Source of the DNA: Nanohaloarchaea archaeon B1-Br10_U2g19
GTDB lineage: Archaea > Nanohalarchaeota > Nanosalinia > Nanosalinales > Nanosalinaceae
DNA length: 64,000 bases
Reading direction: 5' to 3'
Assembly: GCA_001563905.1 (NCBI GenBank)
Contig: LKMO01000002.1
Span: 3,397 to 67,396, forward strand
Made by a program: the position numbers and the translations under genes. Positions 54,507 to 63,915 of the stretch are shown here, in pieces. Under the pieces are notes generated by a model. It saw only the letters and a program-made list of their open reading frames with translations. It had not been told where the DNA came from and did not search any database. Each line of letters begins with the position of its first letter. The first letter of the stretch is position 1.

Positions 54507-55708
54507 GAAAACACTTAATCTTGATTACAGCAGCAGTTTTCTTCGCAACCTTTACGGCGGCGCAAGGGAGCAGCGTAAATCTTGAAACCGAACTAGTTAC
54601 AAAAGAACCTACACCCTTACAGGCAGGGGAGTACGCTAATGTCTGGATAGAGATACAGAACACGGGTAGTGCCGAAGCAAGAGATGTTGACTTAGAGTTT
54701 AAAGAAAACTATCCGTTCAAAATTGAAGAAGGAGAACGGAAATCCTGGAGCTTTGATAGTTTAGAGAGAGGAGAATCACGTCAAGTCCGTGCACAAGTAA
54801 GAGTAGACCAAAAAGCTGTACAAGGAGAGAACAAGCTTAAACTCCGTACAGAAACACGGCAAGGAGTAGGACTGACACATGAAATACCTGTAGAAGTCCG
54901 TGTAGACGACACATCACTAATCGTAAACGGTATCGACTTCCCGGAAAGGGTTCCGCCAGGATCAACTCATACAATGGACATAGAGTTAGAAAACCTGGCT
55001 AACGGCTACTTCAGAAACATTGACGTTAACGCCAATATAGAGGACGAGGATCTGACTACAATAGGATCTTCACGTGAAAGAGTTTCCCTTATTGATCCTT
55101 TATCAACAGAGACAGTCTCTTTCGACATAAACGTTGATGAGGATGCAGATAACGGAGTTTACCGAGTACCACTAGATTTCAGATACCAGAACGAAGTCGG
55201 AGATGAGATAGAAGTAACACAGACAACAGGACTAGTAGTAGGCGGACAACCAACACTTGATGTAGGTATAGAGGAGACAGATATCCGTACAGCAGGAGTA
55301 AGAGATACAGTCACTTTCAACATTATCAACAAAGGAGATGGACAAGCAAGCTTTGTAGACTTCCATTTAGAAGAATCTGAGGACTATGATGTAATCTCGG
55401 AGAACAACGAGTACTTAGGAAGCATGATTTCTGATGACTATCAGACAGCAGAGTTCGAAGTATACGTTGAAGACGGTATAGAGACACTGGAGTTTCCTGT
55501 AACTCTAGAGTATCAGAACGAGCAAGGTGAGAGAACCAACCAGACAGTTAACGTTGAAAGAAGACTTTTCACAAGCGATGAACTCGATAGATACGGTTTA
55601 TCTGATAGAGGAAGTAATATAGCAGTTATAGCAGTCGTACTAGTTTTACTGGGGGGAGGCGTCTACTACTGGAGAAAGAGAAAAGCTAAGGACGAAGCGC
55701 TTGAATAA
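54503..55708 (+). CDS. cell-surface beta-sandwich repeat protein (COG1361/CARDB-like) with signal peptide and C-terminal TM anchor
   Basis: 401 aa. N-terminal signal LILITAAVFFATFTAAQG. Repeated segments of the 'NxG...A.dV.v' type. C-terminal IAVIAVVLVLLGGGVYYWRKRK. ATGA overlap with the ATPase gene. Confidence 0.75.
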   Translation: MRKHLILITAAVFFATFTAAQGSSVNLETELVTKEPTPLQAGEYANVWIEIQNTGSAEARDVDLEFKENYPFKIEEGERKSWSFDSLERGESRQVRAQVRVDQKAVQGENKLKLRTETRQGVGLTHEIPVEVRVDDTSLIVNGIDFPERVPPGSTHTMDIELENLANGYFRNIDVNANIEDEDLTTIGSSRERVSLIDPLSTETVSFDINVDEDADNGVYRVPLDFRYQNEVGDEIEVTQTTGLVVGGQPTLDVGIEETDIRTAGVRDTVTFNIINKGDGQASFVDFHLEESEDYDVISENNEYLGSMISDDYQTAEFEVYVEDGIETLEFPVTLEYQNEQGERTNQTVNVERRLFTSDELDRYGLSDRGSNIAVIAVVLVLLGGGVYYWRKRKAKDEALE

Positions 55709-55793
55709 AAAAAGAGAGCTAATTTCTCTCTATTAATTTTCTTTCTCCTACTATAAAACACGATAAAAAGAGGTTGAAAAACGTAAAAGAACG

Positions 55794-56999
55794 ATGTACT
55801 CTGAACTAACAAGACTTTCAGTTAGAAACATTAGAAACCAGAGCGCAAGATCCTGGTTAACAGCTATAGGAGTAGTAATAGGTATAATGGCTGTTGTAGC
55901 ACTGATTTCTTTAGGACAAGCCTTGGAGTACACTGTTGAAAGAGAGTTTGAAGACCTAGGAACAGAAACAATATTCATAACAGAAGGAGAAGGACTACAA
56001 GGCTTTTTTGTAGCAGGAGGACTTGACAACCATGACCTAGAAGTTATAAGAAATGCTAGAGGCGTTGACACCGCAGGACCAGGATACTACGGTTCAACTA
56101 CAGCAACATTTCAGGGACAAAATGAGAGAGTACCGGTTATAGGTATTCCTACTGACGAGTCTCAGACCCGTTTTATGAGCTCTCAGGCAATGGCTGTCGA
56201 TACAGGCAGAAATCTTAGAGATACCGACCAGAACAATATACTGGTTGGCGGTAACCTAGCAGACGACTACTTCGACTCCTCTGTAAGTCTTAGAAGTCAG
56301 ATAAGAGCAGGAGGAGCCGATCTAAGGGTAGTAGGTATTATGGAGATGACGGGTGATCCTGAGTTCGATAACGCTATAGTAATGCCTATTGATAGAGCTA
56401 GAGATCTGTTTGAAGGCGGTGAGGAAGTAACGAACTATATTGTTGCGTTCCCACAACAAGGTTTAGAGCCTAGGGATGTTGCTGACAACATTGAAGAGGC
56501 TATGCGTAGAGATAGAGGACAGGCTCCGGGAGATGAAGACTTCACTGTCTCTACTTCCGACGATCTTCTTGAAACGTTTTCAAACGTTATAGGTTCAGTA
56601 CAAGCAGTTGTCATCGGTTTAGCCTCAATATCTTTGCTTGTAGGAGGAATCGGGATTATGAACACGATGTACATGTCAGTAACAGAGAGAACACAGGAAA
56701 TAGGAGTTATGAAAGCGATAGGCGCCCAGAAAAAACAGATAAAAACAATATTTTTACTTGAATCAGGGCTGATAGGGCTTCTAGGAGGTATAGTAGGTAT
56801 AATACTTGGACTAGGTATAAGCGAGCTAGCAATATATATTATCAACTTTTACGTAGACATAGAGTTTGTATCAACATACTCTATAACACTTATAACAGGA
56901 GTACTAACTTTCTCATTCCTTATAGGTATGCTTTCAGGTTACTTACCTGCTAGACAGGCGGCAGAACTTGAACCGGTGGAGGCGTTGAGAGAAGAATGA
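55794..56999 (+). CDS. ABC transporter permease, FtsX/MacB-like (copy 1)
   Basis: 401 aa. TM1 + large extracytoplasmic domain + 3 TM. GGIGIMNTMYMSVTERTQEIGVMKAIGA. Confidence 0.93.
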   Translation: MYSELTRLSVRNIRNQSARSWLTAIGVVIGIMAVVALISLGQALEYTVEREFEDLGTETIFITEGEGLQGFFVAGGLDNHDLEVIRNARGVDTAGPGYYGSTTATFQGQNERVPVIGIPTDESQTRFMSSQAMAVDTGRNLRDTDQNNILVGGNLADDYFDSSVSLRSQIRAGGADLRVVGIMEMTGDPEFDNAIVMPIDRARDLFEGGEEVTNYIVAFPQQGLEPRDVADNIEEAMRRDRGQAPGDEDFTVSTSDDLLETFSNVIGSVQAVVIGLASISLLVGGIGIMNTMYMSVTERTQEIGVMKAIGAQKKQIKTIFLLESGLIGLLGGIVGIILGLGISELAIYIINFYVDIEFVSTYSITLITGVLTFSFLIGMLSGYLPARQAAELEPVEALREE

Positions 57000-58183
57000 G
57001 CTTAGAACTTTACACACGTCTGTTCAAACTTTCCGCTAGAAATATACGTCGAAGAGGTAAAAGAACCTGGCTAACCGTTATAGGAGTAGTAATAGGTGTA
57101 GCAGCTATAATAGCACTGGTTTCGCTTGGTCAAGGACTTGAAGCCTCGATAGTTGAAGAGTTTGAAGACTTAGGAGCCGACAATATATACGTCTCTCCTA
57201 GCGGAGGAGATCTTACCGACAGCGATATACAGGTGATAGAGAGAGCACAAGGAGTAGATACCGCAACAGGATCCTATACAAGTACTGCTGAAGCCAGCTT
57301 CAGAGGCGACACACAGAACCTTAACATACAAGGTGTTGATCCTCGAAATATAGACGTCTTTATGTCGGGTCAAGGCCTAGAACTAAGTCAGGGTAGAGAG
57401 TTAAGACCTAATGATGTAAGAAACGGTGTTATAGGTGCAAGGGTTGTAGACGATACCTTTGAACAGAGTCCGGGTATAAGAAGCCAGATAGATATACAAG
57501 ATGAGCGTTACACAACTATTGGAATACTTGCGGAGGCAGGCGATCCTCAGTTTGAAAGAACAATCCTTATACCTCTTGATTCAGCTAGAAACTTGTTTGA
57601 TGCAGATGATAGCTTAACACAGATAACGGTAAGGATTCAGACCGGTTTTGAGCTTGATGAGGTACAGGATAATATTGAGGAGGAGATGAGAAGGGATAGA
57701 AACCTTCAGGAAGGAGATGAAGACTTCGACTTAACCACAGCTCAAGACATACTTGACTCACTTACAACAATACTTACGGTTGTACAGGGAATAGTGGTAG
57801 GTATAGCTTCAATCGCATTACTTGTAGGCGGGATCGGAATCATGAACACGATGTACATGTCTATAACCGAGAGAACCCGGGAAATAGGTGTTATGAAAGC
57901 TATTGGTGCACGTAAAAAACATATTACATCGGTTTTCCTTTTTGAAGCAGGTATAATAGGTACTATAGGAAGTCTTATCGGCTTAGTAATCGGACTGGGT
58001 TTAAGCAACGGCTCGATCTATATTATAAACGAGTTCACAGATTTCAGAGCTGTACAGGTCTACAGTCCTGAACTGGTTCTTGGAGCAATCTTCTTCGGTT
58101 TCATATTGGGAGTGGTTTCCGGTATACTTCCTTCATGGAAAGCAGCTAACATGGATCCAGCGGAGTCACTTAGATACGAATAA
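56996..58183 (+). CDS. ABC transporter permease, FtsX/MacB-like (copy 2)
   Basis: 395 aa, tandem paralogue of the previous gene. GGIGIMNTMYMSITERTREIGVMKAIGA. ATGA overlap. Confidence 0.93.
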   Translation: MSLELYTRLFKLSARNIRRRGKRTWLTVIGVVIGVAAIIALVSLGQGLEASIVEEFEDLGADNIYVSPSGGDLTDSDIQVIERAQGVDTATGSYTSTAEASFRGDTQNLNIQGVDPRNIDVFMSGQGLELSQGRELRPNDVRNGVIGARVVDDTFEQSPGIRSQIDIQDERYTTIGILAEAGDPQFERTILIPLDSARNLFDADDSLTQITVRIQTGFELDEVQDNIEEEMRRDRNLQEGDEDFDLTTAQDILDSLTTILTVVQGIVVGIASIALLVGGIGIMNTMYMSITERTREIGVMKAIGARKKHITSVFLFEAGIIGTIGSLIGLVIGLGLSNGSIYIINEFTDFRAVQVYSPELVLGAIFFGFILGVVSGILPSWKAANMDPAESLRYE

Positions 58184-58237
58184 GTTCTAAAGGGATTTCA
58201 AACGGTTTATACCGCGTTGTAAACTGTTTTGAGGCCG

Positions 58238-58612
58238 TTAGTTGTCCATTGTATAACGTAGCAGTGCTTCTTCTAATTCGTTAGGTGGTGCGCCTTTAAC
58301 ACGTTCTACCCGGGCTTTGCTTTCAGGATAGTCTGAGGTATCCCAGTACGTGAAGCTGTAGTTGTAGGTCTGGAGCTGTAGACTATCAAGCTCTGAACCT
58401 CCGAGAAGTATATCTACGTCTCCGTAAAGCTCTTCTTCTCCTACCATGTAGAAGCCGATATGGAGGTCTTCGTTGTTGCTCCAGGACTGGTTGGAGGGGT
58501 AGAGAGTAGCAAACTCTTTGTCTTTCTCCTCTTCCTCAAGTATATGGAGTGCTTCAGACAGCTCAGTACTACTTGACTCAAGTATCCATGTGGTTAAGGC
58601 GGTACTTTCCAT
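58238..58612 (-). CDS. hypothetical acidic protein (ORFan)
   Basis: 124-aa ORF. No family recognised. Confidence 0.5.
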   Translation of the reverse strand: MESTALTTWILESSSTELSEALHILEEEEKDKEFATLYPSNQSWSNNEDLHIGFYMVGEEELYGDVDILLGGSELDSLQLQTYNYSFTYWDTSDYPESKARVERVKGAPPNELEEALLRYTMDN

Positions 58613-58705
58613 AGCATGTAATTGGTTGGAGGTGGTTTAAGAAGAATCTACGTAGTAAAGTAGATAAAAAAAGAGAGTGTTCTAACAGGAGTCTCTTACC
58701 TGATC

Positions 58706-59377
58706 TTACTGCTCTACCATTAACTGGTTGAAGTCGTCCTGACCTACTTCGCTGGTATTGATACGGATCTTCTGCTCTCCGTCAAGTCTTTCCTCGTTTT
58801 CGTGGTACTCTGCTAAGAAGTTAGCTGCATCCATTGTGGCCTGGCTGCTGTAACCGGCTACTATCAAAGCGTCCTGGTCTTCCTGAAACGCGTCTTCAAC
58901 AAGCTTTATTATTGCTTCATCTTGTTCGAACTCGTCGTGGCTTGGAACGTCCCCGTTCTCAGCCAGTTGTTGTGTTAGCTCGTTGACTTGTGGACCTCCT
59001 ACAAGGATCATATCTTGTTCGATCATTTCTTCGTTGATGTTTCCTGTCGAATAGAGCCCTATATCGTTGTAGTTCTGGTTGGGAACTATGTTCTCATCTT
59101 CTAAATCGCTGGAACTGTGTTCTGATGCTGCTTCACTGAGGCTTCCTACAATGTTCACTGCTCCGATGGTATCCATGGTCTTGGCTTCATCTCCTACCAC
59201 TACTGCGGTTTCTACGTCTCCATCATCGTTTATAAAGTTTTGAGGGAACTCTCCTAAGTCTTGAGCCGCTACGGCTCCACCGGCTATAACTGCTACTACG
59301 GTTCCTATAACGCATACCTGGAACAGTGCTCCTGCTTTTTCTACAATTTCTTCTAAGTCGTTCATATCACATCCCAC
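58706..59377 (-). CDS. secreted/anchored protein with S-layer N-terminal-domain-like motifs
   Basis: 223 aa. Hydrophobic N-terminus (VCVIGTVVAVIAGGAVAA), then FPQNFINDDGDVETAVVVGDEA..DTIGAVNI and ILVGGPQVN. These resemble the archaeal S_layer_N pattern. By memory only. Confidence 0.55.
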   Translation of the reverse strand: MGCDMNDLEEIVEKAGALFQVCVIGTVVAVIAGGAVAAQDLGEFPQNFINDDGDVETAVVVGDEAKTMDTIGAVNIVGSLSEAASEHSSSDLEDENIVPNQNYNDIGLYSTGNINEEMIEQDMILVGGPQVNELTQQLAENGDVPSHDEFEQDEAIIKLVEDAFQEDQDALIVAGYSSQATMDAANFLAEYHENEERLDGEQKIRINTSEVGQDDFNQLMVEQ

Positions 59378-59518
59378 CCATCATAAGACACAGATTTCAC
59401 GGCCACAATATAAACGATTGTTATACTCGAAAACACGATAAGACGCGGTCACAACAGTTCGATTGATATATACAGTCCGTAGAAACAGTTAGAGAAAAAG
59501 AAAAAACAGGTATAGAAA

Positions 59519-60352
59519 CTAATCTATACCTCTCACATCCTCCTTATTAACAATCCTCCGTTTAGCCTTCCGTATATCCCGGCCGTTCTCTACAAAACTC
59601 TCCTGTGAAGGCGGTATATAATCCTCATTCTGATAAGGTGTAACAGCCCTAGCACCTGAAGCCTGACGCGCCTCCTCAAAAGAATCATACAGCTGCTTAT
59701 CAACAGTATCCGGTCTATCCAAATCGTTAGGAGAACGGAAAACCTGTTCTTCCTTACTCTTCTGTTTCTCATCGTCTAAAAGCTTCCAAAGATCTTCATC
59801 AAAACGTTCTTTAACAATACAGGTACCGAAAAAACCATTCAAGTACTTGTTGTCCTCAGGCTGTAAAACCTGGTTCTCAACCCAGGTCTCCTTAGCATTA
59901 ACAGCTCTGAAAAACATGTTCAAACGGTTTATACCGTCTTCGCTCGGAAAACTGTTTACAGGCTCACGGTCAACCTGTTCAGTTAGTTTCTGGTAAGCAA
60001 GATCCGACTCGGCAAGAAAAGATACAAACTTTGTAGGAGCACCCGCAACAACATACTCTGCCTCAGCGATATTACTGTAGATACTGCTAGCTCGTTGACC
60101 TCTTTCACCTGCCTCCTCAAGCAAGTCAGCAATACTATAGATATGGTCTTCGAGTGAAGGATCAATTAAACCTTTTCTACGGCTCCAGTCCAGCTTCTCA
60201 TTATATACAAGTAATTCGTCCTCTAACTCTTCAACAGTATCAGCATAACCTGAAACCGCATCAACATAGCTTTCGAACTTCTCATCTATACTGTCCAGCT
60301 CATAGTTTAACTTGTCTAGTTCGGTGATCTTCCGGGGGAACCCTTTGTTCAT
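59519..60352 (-). CDS. hypothetical acidic protein (ORFan)
   Basis: 277-aa ORF. No family recognised. Confidence 0.55.
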   Translation of the reverse strand: MNKGFPRKITELDKLNYELDSIDEKFESYVDAVSGYADTVEELEDELLVYNEKLDWSRRKGLIDPSLEDHIYSIADLLEEAGERGQRASSIYSNIAEAEYVVAGAPTKFVSFLAESDLAYQKLTEQVDREPVNSFPSEDGINRLNMFFRAVNAKETWVENQVLQPEDNKYLNGFFGTCIVKERFDEDLWKLLDDEKQKSKEEQVFRSPNDLDRPDTVDKQLYDSFEEARQASGARAVTPYQNEDYIPPSQESFVENGRDIRKAKRRIVNKEDVRGID

Positions 60353-60391
60353 ACAACAAGTAGTTAAGTTAAAGAACTGTTAAATCAGTTT

Positions 60392-60766
60392 TTACGTGTC
60401 CATAAACTCTTTCCTGTAAAGATAAACTAAAACCAGTAAAAGAAGGACTTGAGCTGTCTTATCAACAACATCAAGTAAAGGCAGGCCTGAAACAAAACTC
60501 TGTAACCCGGGCTGGTTGACAGTGTACCAGTAAACAACTTGACCGAGCACAAAAGGAATACCTAAAAGATAGACAAAACGTCTACCAAGATCTAAAACCA
60601 CTAGCTTGATACCTAGTAGAAATCCTGTTCCAGCCAATAGAAAGCTTATACCTAGACCTGTCAAACCTATCAAGAACCCTAGATGGAAATGTATAACGGA
60701 AGAGATTAGTGCTAAAACTATTCCTATGTAATGCATAGGGTTTAGCTCGCCGATTTCAAGTCTCAC
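60392..60766 (-). CDS. small 4-TM membrane protein
   Basis: 124-aa ORF with four hydrophobic segments. The start may be the Met at residue 11. Confidence 0.55.
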   Translation of the reverse strand: MRLEIGELNPMHYIGIVLALISSVIHFHLGFLIGLTGLGISFLLAGTGFLLGIKLVVLDLGRRFVYLLGIPFVLGQVVYWYTVNQPGLQSFVSGLPLLDVVDKTAQVLLLLVLVYLYRKEFMDT

Positions 60767-60838
60767 AGCTCAAAAATCAGTGTTTAAAATTTATACGGTT
60801 TGCCTCCCAAAAAATAAAGAAGAAAAAAAAGATATTTT

Positions 60839-61351
60839 TTAGCTTACTGTGATAGATCCTTCCATACCTTGAGCTCTATGGCTTCCAACACTACAGAAGA
60901 AACTGTAGTCGCCTTCTTCCTCAAACGTATAAGTGAAAGAGTCTGAGTCACCGGAAGCAGAAAGAACTTCTGTACCTTCAACTCTTTCACCGTCACCATC
61001 TTCTAGAACTAGGTCGTGCTGACCACCGTCATGGTTGTAGACAAACTCTACGGTCTCACCTTGTTCAACCTCTACTTCTTCAGTATCGTAGCTGTTGTCA
61101 GAGAAACCTGTAATCTCAACCTGTCTAACCTCATCTTCTGATTCGGAGGTCTCTTCAGTCTCTTCTTCAGTAGTGTCCGTTTCTTCTTCGGTTTCCTCTA
61201 CCTGTTCAGACTCTTCTTCTGTATCAGAGTCGTCTTCAGGTACTTCAGAATCTTCATCCGGCTGTTCTTCTATATCGGCTTCGCCGTTCAAACATCCTGC
61301 AGCAACCACAGTAAGCGCTAACAAACCAACTAATACGTACTGGCTTTTCAT
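60839..61351 (-). CDS. halocyanin-like type-1 copper (cupredoxin) lipoprotein
   Basis: 170 aa. Lipobox LTVVAAGC, a long E/T/D linker, and a cupredoxin domain with ligands H (GGQHDL) and CSVGSHRAQGM (Cx4Hx4M). Confidence 0.85.
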   Translation of the reverse strand: MKSQYVLVGLLALTVVAAGCLNGEADIEEQPDEDSEVPEDDSDTEEESEQVEETEEETDTTEEETEETSESEDEVRQVEITGFSDNSYDTEEVEVEQGETVEFVYNHDGGQHDLVLEDGDGERVEGTEVLSASGDSDSFTYTFEEEGDYSFFCSVGSHRAQGMEGSITVS

Positions 61352-61467
61352 GGTTACAGTAAAGGGTTTGAGACTGCAGTTTTAACAGCTTTTCTGAGTC
61401 ATGGATGTTACTTGGAAGCTAGTTTTCTCAAAAGAAAGTTAAAGAAGGGGAAAAAGAAGAGTCGGGT

Positions 61468-62085
61468 TCAAATTGTGTAGTCTTCCGAACCAGAGAGTTC
61501 GTAACCTTGGTCCTCAAAAAGTCCTGATTCTTCCTCAGTATATAAGGAATCTTCTAAGTCAATTTCTTCAAGATCGATTTCTTCCAGCGAACTAAAGTTG
61601 TAGCCTAGATCAGAGTGGTAAGATTCGGCAATCTCTCCTAGAACATGTTTAACTTTTCTGCCGTCAACTTTTCCGTTGTATCCTGGGTTCTGTTTTAACC
61701 GGTTATGTACTTCTTTCTCTATATCCTCTGAAACTTCTTCGACTACCCACTGTGTAGGGACGCAGTCTCCACCACTACGTGTTTCAAGCTCTCTATGTCT
61801 CTCCACTTTGTCGCTTCTTCTTGCAATACTGTCGATCACTGGTTTGTATGAACTGTGGAGGTCTTGTGCTAGCTCTCTTCCTTGACCTCTCATGTCGTAA
61901 ACGCCGTCAAGCTCTACACCGGTTTCGTCTAGTATCTTTTCTACTCTGTGTTTCCCAGGACTGTTTATTTTCGAGGCATAGTTTTCTAAGTCAAACTCCG
62001 ACAAATCTAAGGTTCTTGTTAATTCTTCCAGTTTTTTGTAAGGATCTTCGGAACTTATCTTTTCTAGATTTTTTTCTCCTACCAT
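61468..62085 (-). CDS. hypothetical acidic protein (ORFan)
   Basis: 205-aa ORF. No family recognised. Confidence 0.55.
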   Translation of the reverse strand: MVGEKNLEKISSEDPYKKLEELTRTLDLSEFDLENYASKINSPGKHRVEKILDETGVELDGVYDMRGQGRELAQDLHSSYKPVIDSIARRSDKVERHRELETRSGGDCVPTQWVVEEVSEDIEKEVHNRLKQNPGYNGKVDGRKVKHVLGEIAESYHSDLGYNFSSLEEIDLEEIDLEDSLYTEEESGLFEDQGYELSGSEDYTI

Positions 62086-62157
62086 TGTGTCAAAACACCT
62101 ATACTGTTGTTATCAAACAGTAGTTATTAAATAGTTTTTTGTCTGAAAACTAAAAGT

Positions 62158-63069
62158 CTAAAGAGATACACCGTTCTCAATAATATCTTCCAAACCCTCA
62201 CTATCCTGGTTGAAAAGAAGGTTCATAACCCTGTTCTGGTTGAGACCTGTACCCTTCTTCTTAGCGGTAGAAGCCGCAACACCGTAGACAACATTATCGT
62301 CAAGCGTATCTATCTCCGAACCATCCACAGTATAGAACCGGTAGTCTCCAACACTCATATAGATAAAACGGTTGTCCGTACTCCATTTACTCCATTTATT
62401 AACATCACCGGCGTACTCAGAGAACGAATCTACATCTCCTACACCTTCAAGCGAAAGATCCACTAAGGTGTCTTCCATCTTGTTACGGAACTTCATCTCA
62501 CTAGCACCATCAAGCCTTTGAAGCATCTCCGACATCGAAGCACCCATCCTAAAACTGTATCTACCGCCTTTCTCATCCAGCTCTTTCCGTTTACCAGCTC
62601 TATCTACCTCTGAACAAACCTGTTCAAAAAGAGTTAAACGGTTTTCAACTGTCTGATCGGCTTTGAACTCTTCTCCGTTACAGGTATGTACTCTTGTAAG
62701 AAAGTCTTTCCTCTCAACAAGCGCCGGCTCTTCCCGGCCATAGACATGTGCTTTGTAAAACGTTTTATCTTCGTTTTCAACTATCTTTTCATAAACTTCC
62801 TGGCCATCCCCGTCATAAATTACGGCTCTACCGTTCTCAAGATCTAAAGCAATCTCCTCAACCTCAGATATACTATCTAACTGTATATCCTCAAGATAAT
62901 CTTCGATACCGTCTAAAGTTTCAGAGATCTGTCCGGGTTCGTATCTACTGCCTCTACGGTTGTTACCTTTTTTCGTGTAAAGAATATCGGGCTGTCCAAC
63001 CTTTTCTAGACTTAACTCTTCTACATACTTTTCCAAGTCTTCCTCGTCTTCTTCAAGCAGTTTTTCCAT
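62158..63069 (-). CDS. hypothetical acidic protein (ORFan)
   Basis: 303-aa ORF, 12 nt downstream of the preceding gene. No family recognised. Confidence 0.6.
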   Translation of the reverse strand: MEKLLEEDEEDLEKYVEELSLEKVGQPDILYTKKGNNRRGSRYEPGQISETLDGIEDYLEDIQLDSISEVEEIALDLENGRAVIYDGDGQEVYEKIVENEDKTFYKAHVYGREEPALVERKDFLTRVHTCNGEEFKADQTVENRLTLFEQVCSEVDRAGKRKELDEKGGRYSFRMGASMSEMLQRLDGASEMKFRNKMEDTLVDLSLEGVGDVDSFSEYAGDVNKWSKWSTDNRFIYMSVGDYRFYTVDGSEIDTLDDNVVYGVAASTAKKKGTGLNQNRVMNLLFNQDSEGLEDIIENGVSL

Positions 63070-63081
63070 CAGCTTTACTAC

Positions 63082-63915
63082 CTAGATTTCGTAGTTCACA
63101 CTTTCTTCTAAAGCTTTCTTTACTGCGGTGTAAGCTGTTTCAACTCTTTCCGCTGCTTCTTCAGGACTTCCTGTCATATCGACGTCTAGCTCGAACTGTC
63201 CAAGTCCTTCACCTCTATAGTTTACTCCTTCACTGAACTCGGCGTATCTTTCAAGACTTTCATCGATCTCATCTACCACGCCTTCAAACAAAGGATTTGT
63301 ACTGGAACCGTTCGAATGTGTTACCATGATTGATACTTCTTCAGGTGTCTCGTAGTTCATCCAGACTCTTGTAGGCCCTTTCTCCATATTAGAAAAACCT
63401 TCACTGCTTACAGCGTTGTACCAGTTTTCTTCACTGATGTTTTCTCCTAATGCTGCGTAACCGTTTTCATCTTCTGCAACAACTATAGGTGTTACAGCTG
63501 CTTCATACCCTACAACTTCTTCGTCTTCAAGCTGTTCTACCGCTGAACTGTGAGGATGGTGGTCTAACTCTTCTACCTTTCTCTTTTCTATATCTGTGGT
63601 TTTCACGTCGATATAGATCTGTCTTTCGTCTTCATCGTTGATGTAGTCTGCTCCTGCGGAAGACAGGCTGTTAGGTACAGGTGTCTGTATCATTCTGTCT
63701 GTTGAACCGATTCTTTTCTGCATTTCTTTTCTGTAATCTGTTCTAGAGCTGAAACTGTTGATGTTGTGGTGGACTCCGCCTCTGTGTTTGAAGCCTTTCT
63801 TTTCGAGTAGTTCTTGGGTTTCGACTACTTTTTCAGCCCAGTCGTCTATATCGAACTCTGTTCCGGGTAGTTCGATACGGGTTTTCTCTGTCTTTAACTG
63901 GTAGGAATCACTCAT
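63082..63915 (-). CDS. hypothetical acidic protein (ORFan)
   Basis: 277-aa ORF. No family recognised. Confidence 0.6.
   Translation of the reverse strand: MSDSYQLKTEKTRIELPGTEFDIDDWAEKVVETQELLEKKGFKHRGGVHHNINSFSSRTDYRKEMQKRIGSTDRMIQTPVPNSLSSAGADYINDEDERQIYIDVKTTDIEKRKVEELDHHPHSSAVEQLEDEEVVGYEAAVTPIVVAEDENGYAALGENISEENWYNAVSSEGFSNMEKGPTRVWMNYETPEEVSIMVTHSNGSSTNPLFEGVVDEIDESLERYAEFSEGVNYRGEGLGQFELDVDMTGSPEEAAERVETAYTAVKKALEESVNYEI

Noticed and set aside
56640-57920. Near-identical nucleotide stretches in the two FtsX permease genes, considered as a repeat or mobile element
   Set aside because: They are explained by tandem gene duplication of the permease (conserved GGIGIMNTMYMS.TERT.EIGVMKAIGA segment). 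There are no terminal repeats or transposase.
61455-61475. GGGTTCAAAT, a tRNA T-loop-like string in the spacer upstream of 60839-61351
   Set aside because: There is no complementary T-stem 3' strand (TGTGT follows instead of CCCGA) and no acceptor or anticodon arms. I found no tRNA anywhere in the window by eye.
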